Shown: in pieces, positions 51,301 to 63,769 of the stretch
How the letters are laid out: every line of letters starts with the position of its first letter
Position numbering within the stretch: the first letter of the stretch is position 1
DNA from: Lama guanicoe
Taxonomy: Eukaryota
Assembly (NCBI GenBank): GCA_013239625.1
Contig: MU053933.1
Location: 3,215,817-3,279,816, forward strand
Reading direction: 5' to 3'
DNA: 64,000 nucleotides
Notes under the pieces: model-generated
Seen by the model: only the letters and a program-made list of their open reading frames with translations
Told to the model about the DNA's origin: nothing
Database searches by the model: none
Program-made: the position numbers and the translations under genes

Positions 51301-51810
51301 GGATCGTCAAGCACTTGCCTCATGACCCGACCATATCAATCTACACCTCTGCCCACGAGAAATGCAGGGACACATCCTCACGAAGGCTTGAGCCACTTTA
51401 TTCATAAACTGGAAACAGCCGGTTGACAGCGTGGAAGAGCCCACGAGCAGGAGACTGGATAACTAACTGGTACAGCAATTAAATTTGGATGCATCTCAAA
51501 AACACGCAGAAGCCAAAAGAGCACGCGTTGTCTTATTCCATGAATATGAACTTAATGTGGAAAAAATAACCTGTAGTTACAAAATGTCAGTCAGTGATTA
51601 TACGGTGGGAGGCAATTTATCACAAAAGGATTTCAGGGGTCCTTTTGGGGCGATGGGCATGATATCTGCCTTGATTGTGCTAATGGCTACACAGTTACAT
51701 ACATTTCACAAAATATATTAAGCTGTACACTTTAAATGGGTGCATCTTGTTGTATGTGTAGCTGTACATACAATACATACTATTCCTCAATGAGTTTGAT
51801 TTTTAAAAGC
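48330..51810 (+). mobile_element. Old L1 relic (ORF1 end, inter-ORF, ORF2 EN/RT) plus L1M 3' ends
   Basis: gatttctcatcagaaaccatggaggcc; ccttcaggaatgaaggtgaaat; tgggatgcagctaaagc..cttagagggaaatttata; gatggtttcactggtgaat; gtggtacatcca. Confidence 0.85.
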
Positions 51811-54800
51811 CCCTCCAACACGTCTAAACGCCCCCAAAGGGTGCTAAGCCCCACTGAGAACCACTACTCTCTAATGACTACTCTCAAGGCCCTGTGCGAC
51901 TTCCTTACGACTTGCAGCTTGCCCCAGAGATGCCCCAGAGCAACGGCGGTCAGAGAGCCATCGCTACAGCGGAGACCAGCCTGTCCACCCGCCATCCACT
52001 ACCCCCATCTTCCTCGTAACTGATTCGGTGTTATTCCCACCCACGCACGGCTCAGCTCCAGGGACAGCCCTGGAACAGGGAGGACGATTAGGTCCCCGCC
52101 AGGCTCTGCTCAGGGCGGAGCGCCTGACCCACATCTGGCAAAGTGGTGAGGGCGGACTCTGCCGGGGGTCTCTGGAAAGGCTTCCTGCTCAGAGAAGTTG
52201 TTCCCAGGAAGAGGCGCTCCCAAACCAGCAGCGGGTCCCTCCTCACTCCCTCGGCCCCGGGAGACCAGGAGCCGGACGCCGGGTGCCTCCACCCCAGCCC
52301 AGCTGGCTGGCAGCCCCGGGAAGCTCCTTTCCAAGCTTCCTCGAGTAACTTCCTTTGCCAAAAATGGGAAAGAGTCTTGCATAACCAGACATCTGTGAAT
52401 CCAGAACCCAGAGGAAATTCAGGCAAACACTGCAGGGAAGTTAGAGGAGGATGCAGGGAAAAGGAGATTCGCAGAAGAGCCGGCTTGGCCTCTCCCTCAA
52501 GGGGCCCTGACATGCCCTGCGGCTGTTCATTTGGGGGGAAAGCTGCAACGGGGGGGCTCGAGCGGCCAGCTTCACAGTTTATTTCAAGTTTTAATCGTCT
52601 CTCCAGGAACAGTTCTTTGCACATCATCCATTGCTCCCCCACAGTGGGGAGGGAATTTATTTATCTCTTTACTCTTCCTATAGATCTGTTATTCAGAGGT
52701 TTTCTACTCTTATTTTTAAACATGTAGATTTTTTCAACCTCAAAAGCGTTTAATTCAAGACTCGTGCTTGGAGACTCCCGGTCCCTGCGGAGGAAGCTTG
52801 AGTTCTCTCAGTGCACAGAGGCTTTGATCGGGTGGCAGGGGTGATTCTATTACTTTTTAAAAAGCAGGTGATGGCTGAGGGCCCAAATCTGTCCCAGAAT
52901 CCGGAGGTCAGGGACAGGCCCACAAGGTGAATGCCTTCCCTTCTTCTGGGCAGGACATATCCCCAGCACTTGAACCTCCCCACGAGCGTGCCCGGCCGTG
53001 GCCCGAGCTCTCGGGACCGGTGAGCGACCGGGCTCACCTCCCTCAAGGTTAACTTGACAGTGTTCACACAGTGGTGACCAGGAGCGAGGCCCGGCCTGGG
53101 CGCAGAATGAAGAGGCCATGCTCTCGGGCTGGATAGAAAGTGGGTGCCCCTGTCACCACTCCCACGGGCTCTCGGAACACGGCCGGCAGGACAGCTCTGT
53201 CTGCCCCCTGGTCCTGGAAACACCGCAGGGGTACTCACGACTCAGGAATAGCAACCTCGCCCTGGACCCCCCAGGGCATCCTTTCCCAGGGACAGTGCAG
53301 GTAACGAGGAGGTCCAGGCGGACGGGTCCAGCCCCGCCACAGCACGGCCCCCAGGCTGGCAGCGGGACTGTGCCAGACACACAGGGGCTGCAGAGCGACC
53401 CTCTTGTCAGCCTTCAGGTCAGACACCCCCAGGCTTGGAAACAAGGTGGCCGAGGTCAGGGGTCAGATTTGTTCAGTCGGAACAAATCTCCACTGTGAGC
53501 TGCACAAACAGAACCCATTTGCTGCAGGTGGGGAGCTGAGGGAGGGACGAAGCAAGTGACCGGCAGAGGTGGTCAGGCTGGAGCCGCCCGATTCCAGCAG
53601 GCGGCAGGGACCCCTCCCTCCTAGATTCCAAAGGAGGGGCAGAGGACCTCAGCTGTGCCCAAGGAGCAGGGATGGGGTCAGAGGGCGAGAGGAGTGGGTG
53701 GGGGCTTCCACTGGCCTGCGCCGGATTTTACACAGAACCGCTCCTTGGTGATATACTGTGTGTGGTCAGCAGCTGATCAGCATAGAGAACAAAGCCCTCC
53801 GGCTGAAGCAGGGAGGCCCTGGGCCCCTAAACTCCCGCCAGCCCCCAGGTTAGACAGTCCCTGTCTGCTGTGCGGGTGGCCTGGAGGACAGTGGGGCCAG
53901 GCGGTGCTCTGGATGGCCGTGAGCAGGAGCGCGGGGTCAGGGAAGGTCCTGGGTGGCCAGGGTCCAACAGGCTGGTCTGACAGGCTGGCAGAGCTTCGCA
54001 ATGCAAGAGGCTCCCTGAAGCCTGTGCCTCCTGAGTCCAGGCAGACCCGCACATGCCCCCCAAGTGCATCGCCTGCAGGCCCTCCCCTGGGCAAAGACGC
54101 TGCATCTGCCCTGGCCCTGAGAGCCCCCTCCTCTGTCCCCCTGACCCCCAGGCATGCTGCACCAGGAGTGGGTTTCACCTGGGGTGGGCTGGTGAGCACA
54201 GCAAATCCCAGTGCACAGAGTGTCCTTGGGGACAGCCTGATGCAGCCCAGCTGCCTCCGGGAGTCACGCGGAGGCCCACATCTGGAACCCTTCAGGCCGG
54301 CCAGACGGCTGGCACGCAGGCTTCAGGGGGAGAGCTGGCTGCCCTCCACATTGGCTGCCGGCCCCCAGGATGAGATGGGGTGATCCTCCCGTGCCCCACC
54401 CACTCCCCCTGCTCTCCCTCCCTCACTCTTCTGTCCCGAGAAATGGTGCTCAGGGGTCTGCCTTCCGCTGTGATGTGCTACGCTGAGGGATGGGGGTCCC
54501 GGGATGTGGCAAGGAGGTGTCTGACTCACCTTCTGAATGTACAGAGACAGCAGGGGTGCCAGGGCCCAGGGGTCCGCTGACCACTCCAGACAGGCCAGCT
54601 GGTGGGTCCAGCTGGCACGAGGAGGGTCTCACAGGGAGCTGTGAGGACAGGCCCCCAGGGTCAGATGGAGTGGAAGCTAGTTATCTCTGTCCAACAAGGG
54701 TTAGGGTTAGGGCCAGGGGACCAGCCCAAGGCCCCAGAAGCCAGGTGAAGGGGGCCCCGGAGCTCCCTGCAAGGGCTGGAAGGGGCATCAGGGCCTCGTC

Positions 54801-54899
54801 ATCCAGCAGATCACATGGAGGAAGGGTGCAGCTGCCACTGAGCCTGCTCGCTGCTTACCCCTCACTTGTCCTTCCCTCCCTCCTCAGTGTTCAAGTCAA

Positions 54900-55200
54900 C
54901 ACGTGTGGCAGCCTCTCTTGCAGCTGGCAGCCCACGAGCTGTGAGTGGAAGGGTGGGGCCATCCACAGAGGCCACTGGAAGGAAGCTGGCTTCTCCAGGG
55001 AGAGCTCCCTCTGGTCCCTTCCTGATGTTTCTTGCTGCCATCCTTGGACGAAGATGTGAGAGCAGGAGCTCCAGCAGTCATAATGGACCCTGAGGTAACT
55101 ATGAGGCTGGAAGTCACTTACTGAGGGTGACAGAGCAGGAAGACAGGATCCGCACCCTCTCTGGTGGAAGTGTGGAGCAACCAGACTACGTGAGGGAATG
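54900..55200 (+). mobile_element. Old ERVL/MaLR-type LTR fragment (MLT1J/K or LTR16/33-like)
   Basis: gatgtgagagcaggagctccagcagtcataatggaccctgaggtaactatgaggctggaagtcac...gacagagcaggaagacagg. Confidence 0.5.
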
Positions 55201-55499
55201 AACACCGTGTGGTCCGGTTCCGGCCGGGGTCTGACGCCAGTTCTGGGCTCGGCAGGGACCCTGCATGGCAGGTGAAGGAGGGTGCAGGGCTGTGAGGTGG
55301 AGCTGTCGTGTCTCACCTGCTCCTAGCTCACCGTCTCTCCCCAAGGCTCCTTAAAGCCCTGCTCCTCGCAGCAGTGAGTCCTGAAGCTAGCTGATCACGG
55401 ACTCACCCGGGGGTTTTGCAGGAGTATCCATTCTCCAGCTGCACCAAGGTTCCGACAGGCCCCATTAGCTCAGAGAATATTTCCGCCTGTCTAATGAAT

Positions 55500-56070
55500 C
55501 AGCATGGTCACAGTACGGTCTGGGGACCCTGGGGGTTTCTGAGATGCTCTCAGGGGGTCTGTGAGGCCAAACCTGACCATTTTGCCTTCTTCATTCTCAT
55601 CCCCTCACAAAAGTACATAGCACAAAAATTCACTGATTTGGATTCAGATCTGACATTGCAACAAACCCTTAGGAAGTGACCTTTTATTCGCTTTTGGTGT
55701 CATAGAAAAGAATATCCACAATTACCTGAAAAGACTCTCAAAATACTCTTCCCTCCAACTCCGCGTCCACACGAAGCCAGATTTCCATCCTAGATTTTGC
55801 CCAGAACCACCACCTGTCACGACAGCCTGCAGGAAGCAGCAGACCTGAGCACCCAGCTCTCCTCCAGACGTCACAGTCTTGCACAAACGGGCAGAGTGCC
55901 ACTCCTCTCACGGGCTTTTTTTTTCTTTTAGAAAATATAGTTTTTAATTAAAAGTATGTTATTTACATTAACAATGCAATGGGTTTATCCTTGTTCATTT
56001 GAAATGGATCAATAAATACGTATTGTTAAATTTCTGTTTTCATTTCCAAAATAATCAAGACCAACAGACG
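55500..56070 (+). mobile_element. Charlie1-type hAT DNA transposon deletion derivative
   Basis: aagaatatccacaattacctgaaaagactctcaaaatactcttcc...gaagcagcagacctgagcacccagct resembles the Charlie1 transposase 3' (hAT dimerisation) region. Confidence 0.75.
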
Positions 56071-56554
56071 TGAAGCTCGGTGCAATTCCCTCAACTGTGA
56101 GAGGGCAGGAGGCTCATGGGGCCAGTGGCACTGGGGCTAGGGCCTCCCAGCGAGTGTCGGGGGGAGCCCGTGTCGGGGTCCCTGCAAGCGGGGCTCACAG
56201 GCGCGGGCTCCCACAGTGGGGAGCTCCCACACCTGCTCAGGATCTTCTTCCAAAAGAAAACGCTGGCCCTCCTCTCCCAAAGAGCGGTGCCATCCAGGGC
56301 CCAGCACCGCGACTCCGCGTCCTACACCCGCCCTCTCCTCTGTCTCCATGGTCCCTCCCTCTCTTCAGCCCCACCATCCACAGGGAAAAACACAGTGTGC
56401 ATCTGGCAGAAGACGACGGCGGCGGTGACTACGGCTCGCCTCCCCCTCAGAGCCTCCCGGACACCGCAGGGTGGCTGGGTCTCCACCACTATAGCAAGGG
56501 CAGGGCCTCACGTGAACGTTCCAGACAGCGGTGCCTTTCTTACACGTCTGATAA

Positions 56555-58070
56555 TCAATCTTATTGAGGTACTATTCACATAAAAGGAAGAGTATGGACC
56601 TGGAGATCGTCATTCTAAGTGAAGTAAGCCAGGAAGAGAAAGAAAAATGCCATGTGATATCACTTATATGTGGAATCAAAAAAAAAAAAAGACACAAACG
56701 AACTTACCTACAAAACAGAAGCAGACCCACAGAAAGAGAACAGACTCATGGTTAACAGCGGGTAAAAGGGGTGGGAAAGGATAAATCGGGAGTTTGAAAT
56801 TTGCACCCTTGGGGAGCGATGGAAACGTTAGGTATCTCGATCGTGGTGGTGGTTTCCTGGGTGTGGACATCTATCAAAATTTATCAAATTGTACATCTGA
56901 AATACGTGTAGTTTACTGTACAAGAGTCAAACCACAGAAAGGTGTTAAAAAAAAGAAGAGTATGTATTTTAAGCATATGGTCTCATACTTTTACAGATGC
57001 ATACAGCGTGTGACGACCACAGTCAGACACAGAAGGTGTCTCCCACCCCACCCTGCCCCAGCCCCTGTGCCCTGAGCAGTTAGTCCCCCGAGCACCCCGC
57101 CCAGGCCACCACTTATTTGCTCTCAGTCACTAATCAAGACTTACGCCTATTCTAGAATTTCACAGGAACAGAACCACACAGCACACATTCTCAGGGTCCG
57201 ACTTCCTCCCCCGCCCCCGCCCCGGGGCTGCCGCTGGTACCAGGCGCTGGTCCCCTGAGGGCGGGGCCTTGGCCCACGCGTGGACAGACCAGTCTCTCTC
57301 GTTGACAGGCTTGGGGTGTTTCCATTTTCCGACCATGACGCATGAAGCTGGTGTGAGCATCCTTGTACGGATCTGTGTGTGGACATGTGTTTTTATTTGT
57401 CTACAGGAAATACTTGGGAGTGGAATGGCTGGGTCATCGGGGAAGTGCAAATATAACTTTCTACAGAACCGCCAGTTTTCCAAGCGGCCGCACCACTTGA
57501 AACTCCCCCTGTCCTGTGTGAGAATTCAGTGGCCCCACGCCCTCACCGACACTCAGTGGTACTGTCAGCATTTTAAATTGTAGACGTACTGGGGGGTGTT
57601 CAGGGGAATCTCACTGTGGTTTCAATTTGCAATAAATTAATTACTTATGTTAACTACAATCTATAATATATATGTTAAAATTATTGTAGCTTTATAATGT
57701 CTTTAAATCAAGTGGTTTAAAACCTCCAACCTTGTTGTTTTAAAGATTACTTTGAATTTCCACATAAATTTTAGAATCTGCTTTTCAGTGTCAACTTAGC
57801 CTGACGGGATGGGCTGAGATCACATTAAAGCTAAAGATCAATTTGAGAAAACCTCTAAGTTTCTTAATACTGAGTCTTTGAATCCATGAATATGGTCTAT
57901 TTCTCTACTTTTTAAGTCTTCTTTAATTGTCGGCAACGACTTTCAGCTTTCAGTGTATTGGCCTTGCATCTACATTCTTAGATTTATCCCTAAATGGTAT
58001 GTATTCTTTGATGCAATGGAAAATGATAAGATTTTTAAATTTTTCATGGCTTGAATATAGAAATCCAGTT
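56555..58070 (-). mobile_element. Old L1M antisense fragments (host of the 56597-56950 insertion)
   Basis: cttattgaggtactattcacat|...tattttaagcatatgg; cttgggagtggaatggctgggtcat; ccacataaattttagaatc. Confidence 0.7.
56597..56950 (+). mobile_element. TSD-flanked chimeric L1 insertion (young L1 3'UTR fused to an old L1M-type terminus)
   Basis: aaaaggaagagtatg (56582-56596) and aaaaagaagagtatg (56950-56964); junction between the two parts near 56805-56810. Confidence 0.7.
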
Positions 58071-58639
58071 GAATCCACGTGTCACATGGCACCCGCAGGA
58101 GAGCGTCAGTGCAGAGTCCGTGGAGGGGGGCTCTAAAGGCAGCAGCCAACGCCTGCGTCCTGTGACAGGATGGTGCCTTTTTCTCTCGGCCAATGTGATT
58201 CCCTGGAGCCCTGAGCCCCGGAAGTCAGCCTGTCTCCAGGGAGCGTCTCTGCCGGAGGCCCCCCTGCGCCCCGGGCCCACTGGCAGGACCTCAGAGGGGC
58301 CGCCAGCTTCCTCTCCCACGTGGCCACATCTGTCCAGCACATTCCTTTGCTTCTCTCTGCTCCCTGAATGGAGTTTTGGTTTGTCCCCAGCACCATCCTT
58401 GGCCTTCTCTCTGACCGGCTGAGCCATCCAGCTGAACCCCCAGCCAGCAGGCTGGAAGTGAGGGCAGGGGCAGCAGCCACCCTCAGAGAAACAGCTCCAC
58501 CAGCCCCGCCCACTCTGGGCCCGTCTAGATGACGTGGGAGGGCGGGCACCTCCTAGCGGCTCAGCCCTGGGCGTGAGACTTGCACTGGGTGAGCTGAACC
58601 TTCACTCGGCAGTTCCTCCTCCCCTGCATCCTGGTCTCA

Positions 58640-60240
58640 GGTGAACTTCGGCTGTAACCGCCCCTCACACGTCCCCGGGGCTCCGAGCCTCACAGCCAGT
58701 GCTCGTTCCCGCCAAGGCCAGAGCCTGGGCCGCAGGTGGGGCGCGGCAGGAGCTGGGAAGCAAGTGCTGGGAGGAGGCTTCGTGCTTCTCCTGCCACAGC
58801 TCAGAGCACGCGAATCGCGGGGTCACTCGAGGGTCAGGGTCCTCCCATCGATCAGCCAGCTCTGCCCCCTTCAGTGCCTGGGGGTCCGTCACAAGAGCGC
58901 CGCACCCAGGCCTGAAAGCAGCGCCGCCACCTCCAGCCACGCGCTCCGGCTGCAGGAGGGAGGCTGGGGAACCACGTGGAGCGTGCCCAGGGCTGGGCGG
59001 ACACCCCGCGGGCCCGAGCGCGAGTCCCAGCCCAGCAGCTCAGCGCGGGCCGCCCCTGGGGCTGGGTCCCCCACTCGCTGCCGACGCGGGTGCGCTGTCA
59101 CTTCCTGAGCCTCCACCTTGCCCTTCCGGTGGGCGTGGTGTCCTGAGGCCCCGGGGGGCAGTGAGGCTGCAGCTCGACGGGCCCCAGCCCTCCCTGGGGG
59201 TTCCTGGGGGCCGTGGAGCCCCCACTCACCCACGAACGCAAACGCGCGCCCGCCTGACAGACCCCCAAGGGGAGACGCCCGGAGACCCCAGCTGTGCTGG
59301 TGGGAAGGGGTCAGACACGGCTTTCCCCCCGACCGCAGCTCCCCCCAGCCTCCTGATTCCCCTCCACTTCAGGCACTGCTCGGCTTCTCCACAGTTGCTG
59401 TGTGAAATGTCAGTGACCCGCTCAGTGCTGTGCTGGGCGCTGTCGAAAACTGGGAGAAACGGGGAACAAACAAAAAAAGAAAGAAAATGCCATTCTTAAA
59501 TGAAGAAATTGAGTCCACCGGGCAACAGATCAAAACACTTCCAAAAAAACACCACTCCCCTCTTGCCTGTTTTTCATTAAATTGACCAAATCTGTCGATG
59601 CTCGATTGTTTCGTGGGGTTTTACAAAAGCGCCGCGTCCAACTCCACGCGGGAAGAGCTCCGCTTTGACTTCTGCCAGCATCACTCACTCCCGACTTTGA
59701 AAAAGAAAGCACCTTTTCATTAACTTCCAGCTGACGTTAAAGAGCTCAAAGCCAAAATGTCCCTTTACCAGCGGAGTCCTCTGACCTCGCTTGTACTGGA
59801 AGGCCGTCTCCGAGGAACCCCTGCGGGCGTCGTGAGTCACACGCGGGCCCTCGGCGCCCTTCCGAAAAGAGAGCCGGCGCTGCTGGACCGCAAACATCTT
59901 TCCTTCCTTCGGCTGCTGAGTCATCTCCCAAGTCGCTTGGCAGCTGTCCGTGGCCCCCTCGAAACGTTTCCATTTATGGTTAGAACCTGGTCTTCCCAGC
60001 TCGGTCACACAGATGGGAAAGCTTAAGTGAACAGACAGCGTCACGCAGCAGCCAGAGTGAGGGCTGCTGGCGGAAGGGCGGTCCCGGCGGCGACGGCGAC
60101 CGCGGCCTGGGGGGCGGGGGCCGGGCTGCGCCTGCCCGGAGTCTGGGCCGGGCCGTGCCCGTGGCTGGCACACATCACGGACGCCATCACGACAGAGCAC
60201 GAGTGGTGGGGAGCGGGGCCACAAGGACGACATCGCTTAT
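58640..60240. promoter_or_regulatory. CpG-rich block with AP-1 and ARE/MARE motifs (candidate enhancer)
   Basis: Elevated CpG; TGAGTCA 59833-59839; TGCTGAGTCAT 59914-59924. Confidence 0.45.
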
Positions 60241-60742
60241 TGTTAGGCTGAGACCAACACGAAACAGTTACCTTTAGGGCAAGGAAAACCAAAATGGAGT
60301 CAGCGCTGCTAAGAGAGCTCTCTAAAAAGGAGCCAGGAGGCCACTGAGAAGTGGGGCTTATGCCTGGCTCAGCCTGTGTGAAGTCTGACCTCGTGCCACT
60401 TACTGGTCCAACCACGGCATCCAGGACATCTGCCAGACACTCGGGACACTCCCTGGACCCCTACCCTAAAGCAGCCGAGGGTCCTGATGCACAGTGTGTC
60501 CTGACTCGGGTCAGAGTCAGTCACAGTTCCCCCTGGGCAACTGTAACAGCTCTGGCTTTTTGTCTTTATAAACCCCTGACTCTTTCTTTTCCCCAGAACA
60601 CGTTTTTACCCAAATCTATGCCTCCAGAATTGCAATTCTTTTCTTTCTTTTCTTTTTGGTTTTTTTCTTTTTTCAAAATTGCAGTTCACCACCAATAAAG
60701 CCCTTTTTCCTTTGCAGTCTAGATACTGATTATTGTTTGACA
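60241..60742 (+). mobile_element. Solo ERV LTR (ERV1-like), ~500 bp
   Basis: TGTTAGG...TTTGACA termini, AAAATGGAGTC motif, TATA-like TTTATAAA (~60566), AATAAA (~60694). Confidence 0.75.
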
Positions 60743-61066
60743 CTTGCTACCAGAGATTATTTGCATCTTTCCTGGAAAGAGCCTGCAAGCCAACATGAAA
60801 CATCAGAGAACCTGAGCCCTTAGAATAGCGATGTCAGATGCAGGCACACAGGGACACAGACCTCAGTAATCCTCAGTAATCCTTTATTTACGAGCTGGTT
60901 ACACAGTACCCCAGTACGATGCTGGAAGGATGTAGCACCCGCCTTCCTGCTTTATTTCCAAGTTTTAAGAAACAGAGGCTTCAACTAAGGCACCAGAACA
61001 TCAACGCTTGCCGGGCATCCCCTCCAACCTCAGCAGGTTCATTTCTCTCATTTCTGTTCTTTTTCT

Positions 61067-61500
61067 TCTTTTTTTTTTAACATTTTTTATTGATTTATAA
61101 TCATTTTACAATGTTGTGTCAAATTCCAGTGTAGAGCACAATTTTTCAGTTATACATGAACATGTGTATATTCATTGTCACATTTTTTTCTCCGTGAGCT
61201 ACCATAAGATCTTGTGTATATTTCCCTGTGCTATACAGTATAATCTTGTTTATCTATTCTACAATTTTGAAATCCCAGTCTATCCCTTCCCACCTCCCAC
61301 TCCCTTGGCAACCACAAGTTTGTATTCTATGTCTATGAGTCTATTTCTGTTTTGTATTTATGCTTTGTTTTGTTTTTGTTTTTGTTTTTAGATTCTACAT
61401 ACGAGCGATCTCATATGGTATTTTTCTTTCTCTTTCTGGCTTACTTCACTTAGAATGACATTCTCCAGGAGCATCCATGTTGCTGCAAATGGCGTTATGT
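61067..61500 (-). mobile_element. Young lineage-specific L1 3' end (antisense) with TSD
   Basis: Poly-T start then L1 3'UTR antisense; atttctgttctttttct (61050-61066) and atgtctgttctttttct (61501-61517). Confidence 0.92.
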
Positions 61501-61667
61501 ATGTCTGTTCTTTTTCTCACACGTGGCCACCTCAAAAATATCAATAAAATATCAAACATTGTTTTGCAGAGTTCTGTGTACCATACCTCAAATTTTGAAA
61601 AGGTAACAGGATGTTTTATATCTCTAAAGGGAGCGCTTCATGGCACTCAATTGAAAATCAAGTTCCC

Positions 61668-61727
61668 CACCAGAAACTGACACGTTGTAACTGACTAGAC
61701 TTCAAGGTAAAAGAAAAAAAAAAAAGA
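61668..61727 (+). mobile_element. Tiny L1 3' terminus with A tail
   Basis: caccagaaactgacacgttgtaactgactagacttcaa + A-run; degenerate flanking repeat gaaaatcaagttcccca / gagaattaagttcacca. Confidence 0.7.
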
Positions 61728-62454
61728 CAGAGAGAATTAAGTTCACCAGCCCACCGTGAGCCCCCGAGTGCTCCGTGACACACAGAGGGGCACAGAGGGG
61801 CACGGGGGAGCTGGCGTCTCTCTTGCTGAAGGTTAAAGGGGTCAAGTGAGTGAAGGCACTTTTTAAAAAGCTAGTCACACCTCTGAATGCGTTTTTAGGT
61901 GGTCCTGTGGGAGAGGGAACACCTAACTTTCCCCGATACAGCAGCCTCACGGCTTGAAGATAAACGCCCTTCAGTTCCAGCCTTGACTCACTGCTCACTG
62001 GGTGAGCTCTCATCCCACCCACTCAGGCTCCTTTCCCACTTGTCACAGGACCTGAAGTTCTAGAAAGAGGAGGCAGACACTATTTTATTTTGGAGGAGAA
62101 AAGCAACCAGGTAACGCCACTGTTTTGAGGGACCCGCCTTTTCCCTTCCAATTCTCTTTTTCCAACCTCAAAAGTGTCGTAAAGCTCAGAGTTTCCAGCT
62201 ACTGCTTCACTTAGCCTTGCTTTCAGAGTGAGGAGGTGACCATGGTGAAAAAGAAGTGTCATGAGAGTCCACTCAGCCAAAGCTCACAGTAGAAAGTGGG
62301 TCACAGGGCGACCACAGTGAGTCATTCTGGATGGGGTGCAGAGCAAACACACCCGCCCCGGCTGCCTGGGCCCACTGGGAATTTCCAGTGGGAAGTCTCT
62401 GTTTCTGACCCAAGAAGGATGGGATGGCCTATCCCAGCAGGAACTCTTACAGAT

Positions 62455-62690
62455 ATCAGTGCAACTCAATTCAATTTAAAATGAAAGCTCATTAAGTTTC
62501 TATGAATTTATGTTAGCCAAATCCTGTGCATTCTCTCAAAGGGGGGGCACATAAATGTGGACAGTATCAGGAAGTTTTTATGCAGAAATCCTTTGAGGTC
62601 TTGAAGGATGGTTAAGATTTGGTTAAATGGAGATCGTGGGAAAAGCATTTCAAACAGTGGGAAGAACATAAGGACTTTAGGCACCGCCCC
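62455..62690 (-). mobile_element. L2 3' fragment (antisense)
   Basis: caattcaattt...cattaagtttctatg; tttgaggtcttgaaggatggttaagattt...agcatttcaaacag. Confidence 0.5.
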
Positions 62691-63769
62691 AGGAGCCTGG
62701 AGAGCGTCTGCTCTGACAGAGCAAGGTGCCAGCTCTCAAGAGTCGGGCTGCTGTTGGGTGGAGAGCATCCTCTCATGTTCTCCCCACTAGGCCAGCGCCT
62801 TCCTCCCTCCTGACTTTCTTAATTCTGCCCCGGTTCCCAGAGGCCCTGGGCTCAGAGCTGTGCTCGACCCTCTCTCTCCCCACCTTACACCATCCTAGGA
62901 GCTGTCAATACAGATCTTGACTCAGCGGGGACCTGCCTCCCCTTTTCCCCTCCCCTACCACTTCAGGCTTTGTACATAACCCCTATTTGGGTTGCTGTAA
63001 GACATTCTTACACTTCTTCCAAACCAGGCAGGAACTTCCCTGACTCCCAGCTGTAGTGACCACCTCTCAGTATGGAGCATGGACTCTGGTGCCAGCTTTC
63101 CAGAAAGGTACACTGTCTGAGAAGTGGGTTTCAAGTGTGGGTGGTAAGGGTGAAATTAGATGACTCAGCTTCATAAGCAACTGCAAACTGCAAGTGTACC
63201 ACGTTTGGTCAACAGGCATGGTCCCCTAGAGGTGACTGCCCCCCCCCCAATTTTTTAAGTAGTCAAATTGTAGCAGGTTCTAATGAAGACAGCTACGGTG
63301 ACATTCCTTCTGCCTTCCCTCAGTCCCCTCTTCACTCACTGGTTTCAAGTACTGTCTACAAAAGAGGCAAATGTGAATTTGGAGAAGAGAGAACTACCGG
63401 AAGACTATGAATCCCTCACCGGCTTTTCACGGAATTTGTCATTAACCAAGCTCTGAGAAGCCCATAAGGGAACAACCAAGCACTCGGAACCATCCTAAAT
63501 CTTTGGACAAGGTGTCCAACTTCTCAAGGCTCAACCCCAGACCCTGGAGATGCCACCAGCAACCTTCTGCTGGTCCTTCCCCGGCTTGTTCTGCACAGCC
63601 CACTGTGGCTTTTACTCTTTCTCCCTTTTTTCCAGTTAGGAGCCTTAATTAGCCCCCAAAAGGCAGCCCGCCTGCAAGGTGGTCCATAGGACCACCAGGA
63701 GTGAGCCAGGGGTCTGGCCTGAGATGAGGGGCGCAGGGGGTCCCTGGCCCACAGCCAGGGTCCAGCTCA

